Below are positions 26,940 to 38,919 of a stretch of DNA of 64,000 nucleotides, one piece after another. The stretch lies in the NCBI RefSeq assembly GCF_963921235.1, contig NC_086097.1:163496001-163560000 (forward strand), given 5' to 3'. Under the pieces are notes generated by a model that was not told the origin of the DNA, made no database searches, and saw only the letters and a list, made by a program, of their open reading frames with translations. Within the stretch, counting starts at the first letter, position 1; every line of letters starts with the position of its first letter. The DNA is from Mobula hypostoma (Eukaryota). The position numbers and the translations under genes were made by a program.

Positions 26940-27510
26940 TAAAAGCAGGATGTAATGCTGAAGCTTTAAAGGATATTGGTCAGACAATATTTGAAGTATT
27001 GTGAGCAGTTTTGGGCTTTATTTCTAAGGAAAGATGTGCTGTTGTTGGTGAGAGTCCAGAGGAGGTTTACAAGAATGATCCCAGAGATGACAGAGTTAAT
27101 TTATGAGGAGTGTTTGATATTTGCTGGGGTTCAGAAGGGTGAAGGGTGTGGGGCTCTGCCTGAAACTTACCAAATATTGAAATGCCTGGATAGAATGGAT
27201 GTGGAGAGAACCTAGGACCAGAGGGCACAGCCTCAGAATAAAAGGACTTCCCTTGAGAAAAGAGTTGATGAGAAATTTCTTTATCCAGAGGATAGAGAAC
27301 CTGTGGAATTCATTGCCACACCCAGTTGTGGAGATCGAGTTACTGGGTATATTTAAAGCAGAGGTTGATAGGGTCTTGATGAGTAACAGTGTCAAAGGTT
27401 ACATGGAGAAGACGGGGGAATGGGATTGGGAGTGAATAATAAATTAGCCATAATTCAATAGCGGAGCCGATACAATGGGCTGAATAACCTAGTTCTGCTC
27501 CTACCTTATA
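26940..27510 (+). mobile_element. CR1 LINE 3' fragment
   Basis: ORFs 26976-27215 and 27199-27435 (RVQRRFTRMIP; TRGHSLRI; FFIQRIENLWNSLP). Confidence 0.88.
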
Positions 27511-28099
27511 GTGTCATTTTACATTGTGTTTTTCGAGTATTGATTTGTATTCATTGCAATATTCAGGCAATATTAGTGCATAAAATCAGAACTAGTTCCA
27601 ACAGTTATAATTCTCTGACCAGCATGGTTATTTATTTGTGGATTAGCTATGGCATTCCATGGACTATCAAATTTCAGCTTGACAGGGGCAATGAGATTTA
27701 TTATCTGATGCCTATCAATGTTAGCAATTAATTAGGGCCACTAAAAATAATGTTCTGATGGTGATCTTCCTCTGATTATCCTTCCCTGCTTCTACTTACA
27801 CTTGCTTTACCTTAGTAGAGGGGCAGGAGTCAGTCAATTAGCCATTCAGCCTTCATCGCCTCTTCCATGAGATCATGGCTGATTTGCAATCTGAAGCCTT
27901 TCCATCTTATACAGTACTTGAATCCCATTTGTAACAATGTTTTAATGCTGTAAACACTCAGCAGGACAGGCAGTATCTGTAAAAGGAGAAATTGAGTCAA
28001 TGTTTCAGGTCAAATTGTCTTCAAATCGAAAACCTTCTGATGCTTATGAAAAGATTTTCCAAATTTCAGCCACTCTTTGCATGCATTCATCTTTCCTAA

Positions 28100-28375
28100 A
28101 TAGAATTAGAATTTCAGATCTGGAGATGCGAGTTCATTTACTGACAGAGGAACCTGTGGAATTAAATTCAAGCAATTAAATAAATCTGGTAGCAAAATAA
28201 TCTAGTAATGGTAAGGCTACAGAATAGTTATAAAATACCCTATCTGTTATCATACTTGGCTTATATGTGACTCCAGACAAGCCAGTGATCTAGCAAAACA
28301 ATATGTTCTGGGGGCAGCTAGGATTGATAAACACCAGCCTTACCTGTGGTACGCACACCCTCAGACCAAATAAAT
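28100..28375 (+). mobile_element. Degenerate elasmobranch tRNA-derived SINE
   Basis: ggaattaaattcaa..taaataaatctgg..agtaatggt..tggcttatatgtgactccagac, recalled shark SINE core. Confidence 0.45.
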
Positions 28376-29254
28376 TCTATATTTGGACCTACTTTGAGAT
28401 AATTCCAGTGTTTAAATAGACAGTTCTCCCAAACAGCAGAATACAGCCCTAAACCACTTACAAATCAAGTCCTGGAACAAAAGGCCTTGCCCGAAATCCT
28501 ATATTCAAAGCTAAATATATAATGAAAGGTCTCTGCTGTACAGGAAAATGTTGTTGAACAAAAGTCATTTTTGATTAAGATCAGGGTGTGTATACACTCC
28601 ACGATCAGCAACAATGGTAAGCACAATTTGGTTATAAACTTTTATGATGCAAGGCCTAAACCCTTTCTTGTCCCTTTCACTCCAGGGAAATATTGAGCCC
28701 TGACTGGCAATCTCAATTCCGCTTATGTTGCGGCTTTGTGTTGTTTACATACAACTAAGATGATTTTTGCTGTATTGGTGCAGCTGCAGTGTTAACACTT
28801 CCACTTTAGTTCTCCACTTACACATCATTTTTTTTATTCCCTCTCTCTCCAGGAATGCAAATATAAACCATTTCTCTTGTCTCCATGGCAACCTATTGAC
28901 AAGTCATTTACCTTTGGTAGAAGACCAATTTCACCCACTTCCTAGCATTAACTTTTAATTTGCAGCAACATGCATTCACTGATATTTGAACACTTCGCCA
29001 TGAGCAGTCCATGTGTCTAGATCAGTTTTGTCAAATCAGAGTTCCTTTAGCTGCTTGTCTTTGGAGTGATGATTCCTTTTACACCTTTGAAAATTAATTT
29101 CTTTGAAATCTATGTCCTGTTTTCTATTTACTACTTCATGGCACGTGGATGGAACAAGCTGTGCAACCATTTATTATCAATCTTTGTATCCCCCTTGTCC
29201 TTCATTCCAGAGGCAGTTAAGGCTCAATTCTGTTGATGCATGTTTAAAATCAAC

Positions 29255-29890
29255 CAATGTCAGCATTAATTTTAAGAGGACTGGAATATAAAAGCTACGA
29301 TGTAATGCTAAGGCTTTATGAGGTGTTGGTCACACCACACTTGAAGGATTGTGAGCAGATTTGGGTTCCTTATCTAACAAAAAATGTGCTGGCATTGGAG
29401 AAGTCCCAGAGGAGATTCATGAGAATGATTCCCAGAATGAAAGGGTTAATGTATGAGGTGTATTTGATGGCTCTGGGCCTGTATTTGCTGGAGTTTAGAA
29501 GAATGAGGGGAAATCTCATTGAAATTTATAAAACAATGAAAGGCCTTGATAGAGTGGAGGTGGAGAGGATATTTCCTATAGTGGGTGAGTCTGGGAGCAG
29601 TGGGCACAGCCTCAAAATAGAGGGACAGCCATTTAGAACAGAGATAAGAGGGAATTTCTTTAGCTAGAGGGCAGTGAATCTGGGAATTTATTGCCACAGG
29701 CATCTGTGGAAGCCAAGTCACTGAGTATATTTAAAATGGAGATTGATAGTTTCTTGGTTCATCAGGGTGTCACAGGTTATGGGAGAAGGCAGAATAATGG
29801 GGTTGAGAGGTTTAATAAATCAGTCATGATGGAGTGGAGCTGACTCAATGGGCTGAGTGGCCCTATTCTGCTCCTGTGTCTTGTATGGTC
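29255..29890 (+). mobile_element. CR1 LINE 3' fragment
   Basis: ORF 29257-29667 (RGLEYKS..LRLY..LEFRRMRGNLIEIYK) plus CR1 3'UTR. Confidence 0.9.
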
Positions 29891-30239
29891 TTTGTTCAAA
29901 GCATTACTGAATCATGAGATTTTATAACAGTCCAATAGATTAATGGTCATTAAAATAAAATACTGCAGAAGCTGAAAATCTGAAGTAAAAATAGAAAATG
30001 CAGTATCTGTGAAAAGAGAAACAGTTAATGTCATAGACAGTCAACAATACCAGCTAGAAACAAGGGGCTGTGCAGAGTGTAGTGACCAGCATTCAAGGAG
30101 TGGCCTTGGTGGTATAGAACAGCAATAGTTGGAGAAGGAGTTGGCTCCCACTGGGGCGCAAGCAGTAGAAGTAACGGAGTGGGAGAAAAAGAGGGACGAG
30201 TGCAGAGAGCTGAGACAGGGTGAAGACATGCCAGTGGCT

Positions 30240-30667
30240 ATACTTCAAGATTTTGAGGAGATTTGGTATGTCTCCAAAGACTGTAGCAAATTCCTACAGA
30301 TATACCATGGTGAGCATTCTGACTGGTTGCATCACTGTCTGATGTGGAGGCTCCAATGCACAGAATTGTAAGAAGTTTCAGAGGGTTGTAGACTCAGCTA
30401 GCCCCATCACAGGCGCACACTTCACCACCATCTTGAAGATTAGTGCCTCGAGAACATAGCGTCCATTATGAAGGACCCTCACCATCTGGGACATGCCCTT
30501 TTCTTCAAGTATGTCACTTTATGTACGTACAAGCAACCTACATATATATATTTTTTATTATGTCCTTTATCTTAATATGTTTTTTGTGCGCTGCATCAGA
30601 TGCTGAGTAACAATTATTTTGTTCTCTTTTGTACTTCTGTACTGGAAATGACATTAAAAAATGTTAA
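30240..30667 (+). mobile_element. Rex1/Babar 3' fragment; its tail resumes at ~31970 after the Penelope insertion
   Basis: gagcattctgactggttgcatcac...gaaggaccctcaccatc; tail taaaaaatgtt / taaataatgttgaatcttgaa on either side of the PLE. Confidence 0.65.
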
Positions 30668-30671
30668 ACAT

Positions 30672-31958
30672 CACACATAAAAATTGCTGGTGAACGTGGC
30701 AGGCCAGGCAGCATCCATAGGAAGAGGTACAGTCGATGATTTGGGCCAAGACCCTTCGTCAGGACTAACTGAAAGAAGAGCTAGTGAGAGATTTGAAAGT
30801 GGGAGGGGGAGATCCAATATGATAGGAGAAGACAGGAGGGGGAAGGATGGAGGCAAGAGCTGGACAGGTGATTGGCAAAAGGGATATGGAAGGATCATGG
30901 GACAGGAGGCCCAGGGAGAAAGAAAGGGGAGGAGGGAAAAAACCCAGAGGTTGGGCAAGGAGTATAGTGAGAGGGACAGAGGGAGAAAAAGAGAGAGGAA
31001 AAAAATATACATATAAAATAATAATAAATAAATAACGGATGGGGTACAAAGAGGAGGTGGGGCATTAACGGAAGTTAGAGAAGTCAATGTTCATGCCATC
31101 AGGTTGGAGGCTACCCAGACGGAATATAAGGTGTTGTTCCTCCAGCCTGAGTGTGGCTTCATCTTGACAGTAGAGGAGGCCGTGGATAGACATGTCAGAA
31201 TGGGAATGGGATGTGGAATTAAAATGTGTGGCCACTGGGAGATCCTGCTTTCTCTGGCGGACAGAGCGTAGGTGTTCAGCAAAGCGGTCTCCCAGTCTGC
31301 GTCGGGTCTCGCCAATATATAGAAGGCCACATCGGGAGCACTGGACGTAGTATATCACCGCAGCCGACTCACAGGTGAAGTGTTGCCTCACCTGGAAAGA
31401 CTGACTGGGGCCCTGAATGGTGGTGAGGGAGGAAGTGTAAGGGCATGTGTAGCACTTGTTCCACTTACAAGGATAAGTGCCGGGAGGGAGATCGGTGGGA
31501 AGGGATGGAGGGGACGAATGGACAAGGGAGTCGCGTAGGGAGCGATCCCTGTGGAAAGCAGAGAGAGGGTTGGAGGGAAAGATGTGCTTAGTGGTGGGAT
31601 CCCGTTGGAGGTGGCGGAAGTTACGGAGAATTATATGTTGGACCCGTAGGCTGGTGGGGTGGTAGGTGAGGACAAGGGGAACCCTATTCCTAGTGGGGTG
31701 GCGGGAGGATGGGGTGAGAGCAGATGTGCGTGAAATGGGAGAGATGCACTTGAGAGCAGAGTTGATGGTGGAGGAAGGGAAGCCCCTTTCTTTAAAAAAG
31801 GAGGACATCTCCTTTGTTCTGGAATGAAAAACCTCATCCTGAAAGCAGATGCGGTGGAGACAGAGGAATTGTGAGAAGGGTATGGCATTTTTGCAAGAGA
31901 CAGGGTGAGAAGAGGAATAGTCCAGGTAGCTGTGGGAGTTCATAGGCTTATAGTAGAC
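30672..31958 (-). mobile_element. Penelope-like element, 5'-truncated: RT thumb, linker and GIY-YIG endonuclease, then 3'UTR and pLTR
   Basis: Stop-free ORF 31065-31958: YYKP..HSYLDYSSSHP..IPFSQF; C-x3-C-x2-C; FTC..VIYYVQCSRCGLLYIGET..R..EH..VATHFN..E..LI..LGSLQPDGMN. Decayed hammerhead at ~30731-30767. Confidence 0.93.
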
Positions 31959-32004
31959 AAATATTATAGTAAATAATGTTGAATCTTGAATTTTGAATCT
32001 TCTT

Positions 32005-32265
32005 ATTACAGCCATCAGGAAGAAGGTACCGAGCCTGATTGCCCACACTCAACTTTTTATGAACAACTTCTTCCCATCTGCCATCAGATTTCTGAATGGT
32101 CTATGGTCCATGAACACACTTCACTATTCCTCTTTGGCACTATTTATTCATTTATTGTGTTGTGACTTATAACATTTTGTTATGCCTGCACTGCACTGTA
32201 CTGTTGCCACAAAAGAACAATTTTTATGACTTATGTCAGTGACAATAAACCTGATTCTGATTCTG
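32005..32265 (+). mobile_element. Rex1/Babar 3' end
   Basis: ccatcaggaagaaggtac...aacaacttcttcccatctgccatcaga; aataaacctgattctgattctga tail. Confidence 0.75.
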
Positions 32266-33473
32266 AGAGGGATGAGGAGAGGGAATGATTCTGATATTTC
32301 CATCAGTTTCCAAATCAGTTTCAGACCTTTTCCCCCAGTAACGGCAGGTTTACTGTGTTTACAGTGTGAGAACGCAGATGAAACGTGCACAGTTCGTACT
32401 GACAGCATACGAAGTCAGGGTTGCTGAAGTTATGAGGCAGCTGCTCCACCGTGGTGCCCATTTACAGAGTGAGGAAGTGTGTGTAGTGGGATATGTGTTT
32501 TCAGTGTGGTCGGGCGCACCTCAGCCACCCAATTATTATCCATGGTCCCAATGGCCATTTATCAGTACATATAAAATGAGTTATTCTTCCCTACCACCAC
32601 CTTAGACATTGCTCGTCCCACTAAGTACGTCCAGCAGATTGTTTGTAGTGCATATAAAAACTTTTTAAAAGTAATATAATTAACATAATCTGCTTCTGAA
32701 CAGGGGCTAAATCATGCAATGTGCACAAATGGTCCCCTTTTCAGCTGATAGGGCACTGTGGCTCTCTGAAACTGGTTCTGGTTTATTCTGACCTGTTTGG
32801 AGGAACTCAATAAGAAATCAGTTAATAAAGGGTTAACACAAGTTCTGCATGGCAATCAGTATCATGAAAACAACAATTATCATACAGGGTACTAAGATTC
32901 CACTCATAATCTGTAAGAATTGAACTCTGGATGGAGTTCATCACATCAGTTCTTTCACCTCATCTCACGCTTAACTTTTTTAGACAAGCGATTATCAAGA
33001 TTTTAAAGATAATCTGCTAAAGGGCTGTGGATCAAGTCCAATGCAAGGGAAGGCCCTAATATAGTGACAAAGTCAACCAAGAACTTAAACTTTCTCATAG
33101 ATAATGCAGAGAACCTAGCCTGAAACCAGTCTGTCCTGAGGCCTGGGTTGAGGCTGATGAATGCTGCGAACCATTAACTGCTTCTTAACTGCTTGAACTT
33201 GGGTTCTTCCCAACACCATTGCAAGGAGCCATCATCACATCTCCAGTCATCTGCCTATGGTAAACTACTGGGATGCTATCTGTTTAAACAGTGCAAATCA
33301 GCCAATTAATCAACATAACAATGAATCTAAATAAATTTTGGTAAGATTGCAAATGATTAAGTGAACTTAATAGTTCACGTTAATATTCCAAGCTGTGCCT
33401 GCTCAGTGGCAAGCATATTTTTGTAAGTATAATAGGTTTTAAATAATTATTGCAATATACATATTTTCCCTCT

Positions 33474-33700
33474 CATGTCCCTTTTGCCAATCACCTGTCC
33501 AGCTCTCGGCTCCATCCCTCCCCCTCCTGTCTTCTCCTATCATTTTGGATCTCCCCCTCCCCCTCCCACTTTCAAATCTCTTACTAGCTCTTCCTTCAGT
33601 TAGTCCTGACGAAGGGTCTCGGCCTGAAACGTCGACTGTACCTCTTCCTAGAGATGCTGCCTGGCCTGCTGCGTTCACCAGCAACTTTGATGTGTGCTGC
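33474..33700 (+). mobile_element. Penelope-like 3'UTR/pLTR insertion with intact hammerhead motif
   Basis: Same family as 30672-30890; TSD atattttccctct (33461-33473 / 33705-33717). Confidence 0.88.
33602..33637 (+). ncRNA. Minimal type I hammerhead ribozyme motif (Penelope-associated)
   Basis: AGTC-CTGACGA-agggtctcggcct-GAAA-CG-TC^-GACT: helix I AGTC/GACT, conserved core, helix II, vestigial palindromic helix III (ACGT). Confidence 0.8.
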
Positions 33701-33744
33701 ATATATATTTTCCCTCTAGTTTTGTGAATTTGGAGGCAAGACAC

Positions 33745-34410
33745 AAAGTCAAAGTCAAAATTGAGTTTATCGCCATATGCAACGGTACATGTATGCACAG
33801 GTGTAATGATACAGCAAGTAGCATCACAGGCACATAGCATCATATAACCAACTTTTACAAAAAACACAAATAAAACATAAATTATACACAATTTTTACAA
33901 TAAAAATACATAGCAAAAAACACAATATCAATTTTAGTGCAAATTTCATCAATATGGTGGTAGTGTTGCTGAGCTGTAGTGGTTAGGGTTTTGCCGGTTG
34001 GTTCAGGAACAGATCCATTGAAGAGAAGTAGCTGTTCTTGAACCTGTTAGTGTGAGACTTCATGGTTCTGTACTTCATGGCCAAAGGTGAATATGAGTTG
34101 ATGATATGGGCCAGATGGCTGGGATTTTTGATGATGGATGTTGCCTTCCTGTGGCGGTGCCTTCTATAGATAATAGCAATGATGGGGATGGATGTGCCTA
34201 TGATGTATTGGGCTAAGTGAGTCTCTGCTCTCTGCAGCTTCTTACATTCTTGCACTTTCAAATTGCTGTACCAGACCATGATGGAACCAGTCGGGATACT
34301 TTCAACAATACGTCTATAGAGTGTTTGATGATGAGCCAAATCTCCTTAATCTCCTTAGAAAGTAAAAATTCTGGCATGCCTTTCTTGTGATTGCATTTAT
34401 GCATTGGGCT
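33745..34410 (-). mobile_element. Rex1/Babar 3' fragment
   Basis: ORF 33983-34339 (YRRIVESIPTGSIMVWY...NRFKNSYF); (aaagtc)n tail. Confidence 0.8.
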
Positions 34411-36194
34411 CCTATGAGCTAGTATCATTGGATATTATTGATAGAGCCAAGAGTATTGTTGAACTGTATTTCCATTTGGTTATTGAACAACCTGAAAATA
34501 TCAACCAGTCAAATGCACTTTAACTATTTTGGTTTACTTGCTGAATTAATTTGTGATTTGATTCAAAGTGTTATATTGGAGTCGCCAACTGTCAACAGAT
34601 CTTGATATGGTGCATCCAAATGCAGTGAGGCAGAATATGTTTCCTGAAGCATGTTGCACCAGAGACTTAACACTTTACTTCATATTTTGGACTGCAAAGC
34701 ATTAAAGAACTGCAAACTTGTACACGCTGTCAAGCAAAGAAAAGCGTCATTTAAATGGTTTACATGTTAACAAATTGAGTGCGCATTAACCTTTGGCCAT
34801 ACTGCCATACGTACCTGGGAGTAAATGTTTCCAACATGTTAATGCATGAACTGATCCTTTGGTTGTTAAATGATTGCTAAGTAGCAGCTTATGTCGAACA
34901 AGAAAATTTACCTATTTCTTGCACATAATTAAGTTCCTTCCATTCGGACTGTTTTTGTTGAATCATAAAGAGTCTCAAAAGGAGTATGTTTATCCTATTC
35001 TTTTTTTCTCTCTTTACTGCTTCTACGTAGTTTCATTTTGTAGGATGTATTACGAAGTTATCCTGTGGTTCTTGCTTTGAATTCTGGTCATTCATACTAA
35101 TCAGTACTATTTAGTTTGACCAATGGCCTTTCCTTCTATTATACTTTGGCCAACAATAATGTAATCAATTCAGCAAATATTAAATCCATCTAGTAACTTC
35201 TAGTGTTTCTCCTGATTTTTTAAAGGTTGGATGGGAGCCTGAAGGACATTTCTAGATCTGCTGATAAAGTAATAGGGGTTATTAGTGTTTGTAATTTTAC
35301 TGCTGCCTGTAATAACAGTCCTGAAACTGTGGTACTGCTTACATTAAGTTTAGCAATACCAATGTATGGAATTTTTAAGGTGAAAAAGTTGAAAAATCAC
35401 ACAACATACAAATAGACCGTTTAACCCTAAACTCTGGTTGGTGATGGAGAGCCTATTTTGCACTAAACTCATCTGATTGTGTTCTGTGGAATTCCCATCA
35501 GTTCCTCTGTCCCTTCAAACAAGCTGGGATATCTTTAAATTCAGGATGAATAAGTGAAGTGGCAGCACTAAAGCTAAACACTGCAGATCCTTGTAATCTG
35601 AAGTAAAAACAGAATGCAAAGAGACCCCAGCAGGCAAGACTACATTAATGAGAAGAGAAACAGAGTTAACCATCCAGGTCAGTGACTTGGATCAGAACAC
35701 CTTTCGCCAGAGATGTAGCTATTCAGCTTGTCTATCCATCCCTCCCTTCTGATCTGCTCTTATTACTTCAGTGTTGGTGACTGACACAAATTAAAAAGTA
35801 ATAGAGCAAGTGATTAGAAAGTAAGAACGAATACTCACACTTCATGGATAAACATCAAGTCTTGTCTTATCCTATTTAAAAAATGTAATAACTTCTTTAC
35901 TCAGCTCCTGTGTTTCATGAAATTAATTGAGACAGGATCTCAATGGCCTTGAAAATCCTGTACATTTAAAAGTGTGAAGATTGGTATTCTTGTTTGAGGC
36001 AATATATTAAAGATGACTTTTGTTGCATTCCAGTTGTGCAGATTATTCAGAGTCAAGGAACGGCTGCCTAGTTGTTTCATTTCATGAAAAGGAATTTTAA
36101 TTAAAAAATCTCTGACTAAAAAGATATGAATGAATGCTTTCTAAATTGAAATGGATTTCTTTTTGTTCATTTTTAAAATGTTTTGGTTCTACAG

Positions 36195-36320
36195 GAAGCT
36201 GCTCCTTTGATGAACCGTTCAATGCATGCGGGTACAGCCAAAGGCTTGAAGACAGCGACCTTGACTGGGATCAAGTAAACACAATAGTGAAGCCTTTTAT
36301 GGATCCATGGATACCAACAG
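36195..36320 (+). CDS. Internal coding exon (exon 2 equivalent, MAM domain N-terminus) of a type IIB receptor-type protein tyrosine phosphatase, PTPRM- or PTPRT-like
   Basis: Acceptor ttttggttctacAG ends at 36194 and donor GTttgc starts at 36321; 126 bp, phase 1/1. Translation (G)SCSFDEPFNACGYSQRLEDSDLDWDQVNTIVKPFMDPWIPT(G) matches the recalled PTPRM (GCLFDEPYSTCGYSQ...WEQVNTLTKPTSDPWMPSG) and PTPRT (GCSFDEHYSNCGYS...WEQINTWEKPMLDQAVPTG) MAM start. Paralog not resolved. Confidence 0.93.
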
Positions 36321-36861
36321 GTTTGCTTCAATACTGGAAATTTTTAGTTAATGTTCTGATGTTTGACTTAGTATCTACTTCTTGATACAAAGTGATTAAA
36401 AACTCCATTTATTTGAACCCCATGGTGGTGAAATTAAATGGGTTTTCATGTTGTTATATATTATCTTATTTCATGTGTACATGCTTTAGATTAGCCTCGT
36501 TAGGATGATAGAAACTAATGGTCCAGAAGGAGGTTCAGCAGCGCAGCTGATTGTGATGGACTCCTCTCTAGCTCTCAACATGTGACTAAGTTCTGCCAGC
36601 ACTCATTTTTAAATATGAATGTTTTTGCTTCCACCATCACTGATGCTGCTTCATGAATATTTTCATCTCACATCGGTTGTAAAGATTTCCCTGACTCTAT
36701 CCACAAAGGATGCGTGCATGCCATCATGTTGATGGAGACTCAGTTACTGAGAGCATCTTGGAATTTCTAATTTGGACTACACTTGTGCAGATATCTCAGT
36801 GCAATAATCACAAAATCCAGCAGTTGGAAAACCACGTCCAATGATTCCAAGATGATCTTAG

Positions 36862-37556
36862 TGTAGCCCCCCGGCCACCCTCAGGGTCGCTCGGCTCGCT
36901 GTTGTCTAGGGAAACAGCCTCGGTCCCGCCAAACTGGATAATTCGTTTGTGTGGATGCTGTGTGAGGTACCCCACCCCGCCCAAATAACAGACAATACAC
37001 CAGATGCAATTAAATGATTTACATATTATTGATATTACTGGAACTATATAATTAAAAGAGAATAAAATATAAAAGGAAAATAAAAGGCGCCACACTTGTC
37101 AAAGTTCAATCTCTTCGTGCACAAAAACCGTTGGAGCTCAAGGACCTTCTTCTTCACCCTGCGACCCCCTCGGACCCCCTCGACCGGCCGCCTGGGACCA
37201 ACAACGGTGGTCGACCAGACGCTCCACACGAGTCCGTCTCCGTGTCCTCGCCGAACGTCCCGCTCGGGGTCCGACCCCGTTAGCAGACTCACAGCACCTC
37301 GTCCATCCTCTGTCTCGCTCTCCCGCCTTCTGCCCCAAAACCCCGCGCGTACAGTATCTTCAAATACACCAAAACCACAACAACTATCCCAATTGGTTAA
37401 TAACGTATTTCTTATCACCCTCTAAACCACAACAAGCTGCTAGTGCAAACTTTCTCAGCGTTTAACACAACAAAGCTGTATTCCCCAGATTAACATAACA
37501 AAGACGCCATTTTAATTAGCCTCCGCAGTAACATAAAAAATCAAAACCCCCTTACA
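36862..37556 (-). mobile_element. Solo LTR (695 bp), Gypsy/ERV-type
   Basis: TGTA...TACA termini, exact 4-bp TSD ttag (36858-36861 / 37557-37560), CpG-rich compared with flanks. Orientation inferred. Confidence 0.85.
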
Positions 37557-37690
37557 TTAGTAAGATTGTAACTTGTGCTGGGAATAGTTGCATCATCTCA
37601 ACCTACCTGGTTGTTATAGTACTATTGAATATAGTGGTTGAACATGGTGGTGGTATACATTTGTTTGGGAAGTGTGTGATATGGACAAGG

Positions 37691-38021
37691 TGTGATGTTG
37701 AATCAGGTTCAAGGGTCTGGTGAGTGAGACAGACACACGGACTGTGAATAAGTATATTAATCATCTATTTACAAGATATAGAAACTACAAAGCTGAATAT
37801 TCAACAAACATAATAAGATAAGAGCATGCGCAGAGCATACCTTCCCTATGGTTTTGTTACCACTTGCCCTAAATAAAGGACAAAGAGAGCAAGCCCCTTC
37901 CATGTGCGATTTTACACCCGGGATATTTGAAACTGGACACCAATGGGAAAAGCGGCTGCAGTTTCTAATCTAACCAATCACGTCAAAGTGACTTTCGACG
38001 TGTGGAATAAACCAAAGGACT
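37691..38021 (-). repeat. 3' LTR of the ERV
   Basis: Colinear with 40155-40385 plus 43005-43022 plus 43359-43484; preceded on the - strand by PPT aggggtggag (38031-38022). Confidence 0.85.
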
Positions 38022-38059
38022 CTCCACCCCTCGCAAGTTGAGACTGTGATGATCCAACC

Positions 38060-38325
38060 CTCGGACTTGGATGACTCCTGCGAACTCCCAACTAAGCTAT
38101 ATATAAAACGCAAAAGTACAATACCCAGTACTGTAAACCCAATAGTCACCTCCTAGTGTACTACAGTAGTCCACCAGCCTCCCTGCACCCTAAAAAGCCA
38201 CCAGCCCCACCCTGTGTAATAGCTAATGAGCTGGTCCCCCACTTAATTTTAAACACTGACTCTCAGATATGATCAACCAGGTGAGTAATGTTCTCCAACC
38301 TGTCAGGAAAATAGGTGCAGCATTC
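38060..38325 (-). pseudogene. env transmembrane-subunit remnant
   Basis: - strand reads ECCTYFPDRLENITHLVDHI*ESVFKIK (end of CX6CC plus HR2), then Trp-rich GWGWWLFRVQGGWW and hydrophobic VTIGFTVLGIVLLRFIYSL. Confidence 0.75.
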
Positions 38326-38919
38326 CTGAAAAATAAAAGTACAAGTGTAAGCAGGTAATTTAAGGCCTTTGAAATCAGTTCCTGGGACAGTCTAGTCATA
38401 CCATGCTAAGAAAGGCTACCATTCAAAACCTTCCTTCCTTTGTGATAGCCCTCTTACAACCAGCACAGGGAATGTGCTCATCCAGGACACTGGGGTGGCA
38501 GACATACAGCACCACATATCAACCGCACCACCTGCAGAACCACGGGTGGGCCTAGGAACTGCATATCCAGTATGTGCCAACCAGCATCCAGCAAGTGCCC
38601 ATCTTCACAACACCATTTGGCATAGACAGCCCTCCCAGGATACTGTTCCTGCTCACCCTTGCCATCCACCTAGCTCCTTGTACCTGAACTCAACATACCA
38701 CATAACCAACACTCTGTCAGGTTCAGAAAACAGGACCTTCCAATTAAATAAATGGTATGTAAGGAAATACCAGCCCTCAATACTAGGGCTATTAAGGCTC
38801 AAGCCTCTTAAGGCTGTTACCATACTCTGGGTTGAGTTTGGCTGGAATGGACTACTCGCTCCCAGCTCCTCCAAAACAGAATGTCAAACCCGAGAAACCA
38901 GATAATTCCCCCGCAGACT

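Noticed and set aside
31959..32048. N-terminal 30 aa of the 327-aa ORF as a real start or signal peptide
   Set aside because: It derives from adjacent antisense Rex1 sequence fused by chance to the truncated Penelope frame.
36134..36385. 83-aa ORF as a standalone gene
   Set aside because: Only 36195-36320 is coding; the rest is intron read-through.
37044..37425. Overlapping GC-rich ORFs on both strands
   Set aside because: They lie within the solo LTR; stop scarcity reflects GC content and there are no protein motifs.
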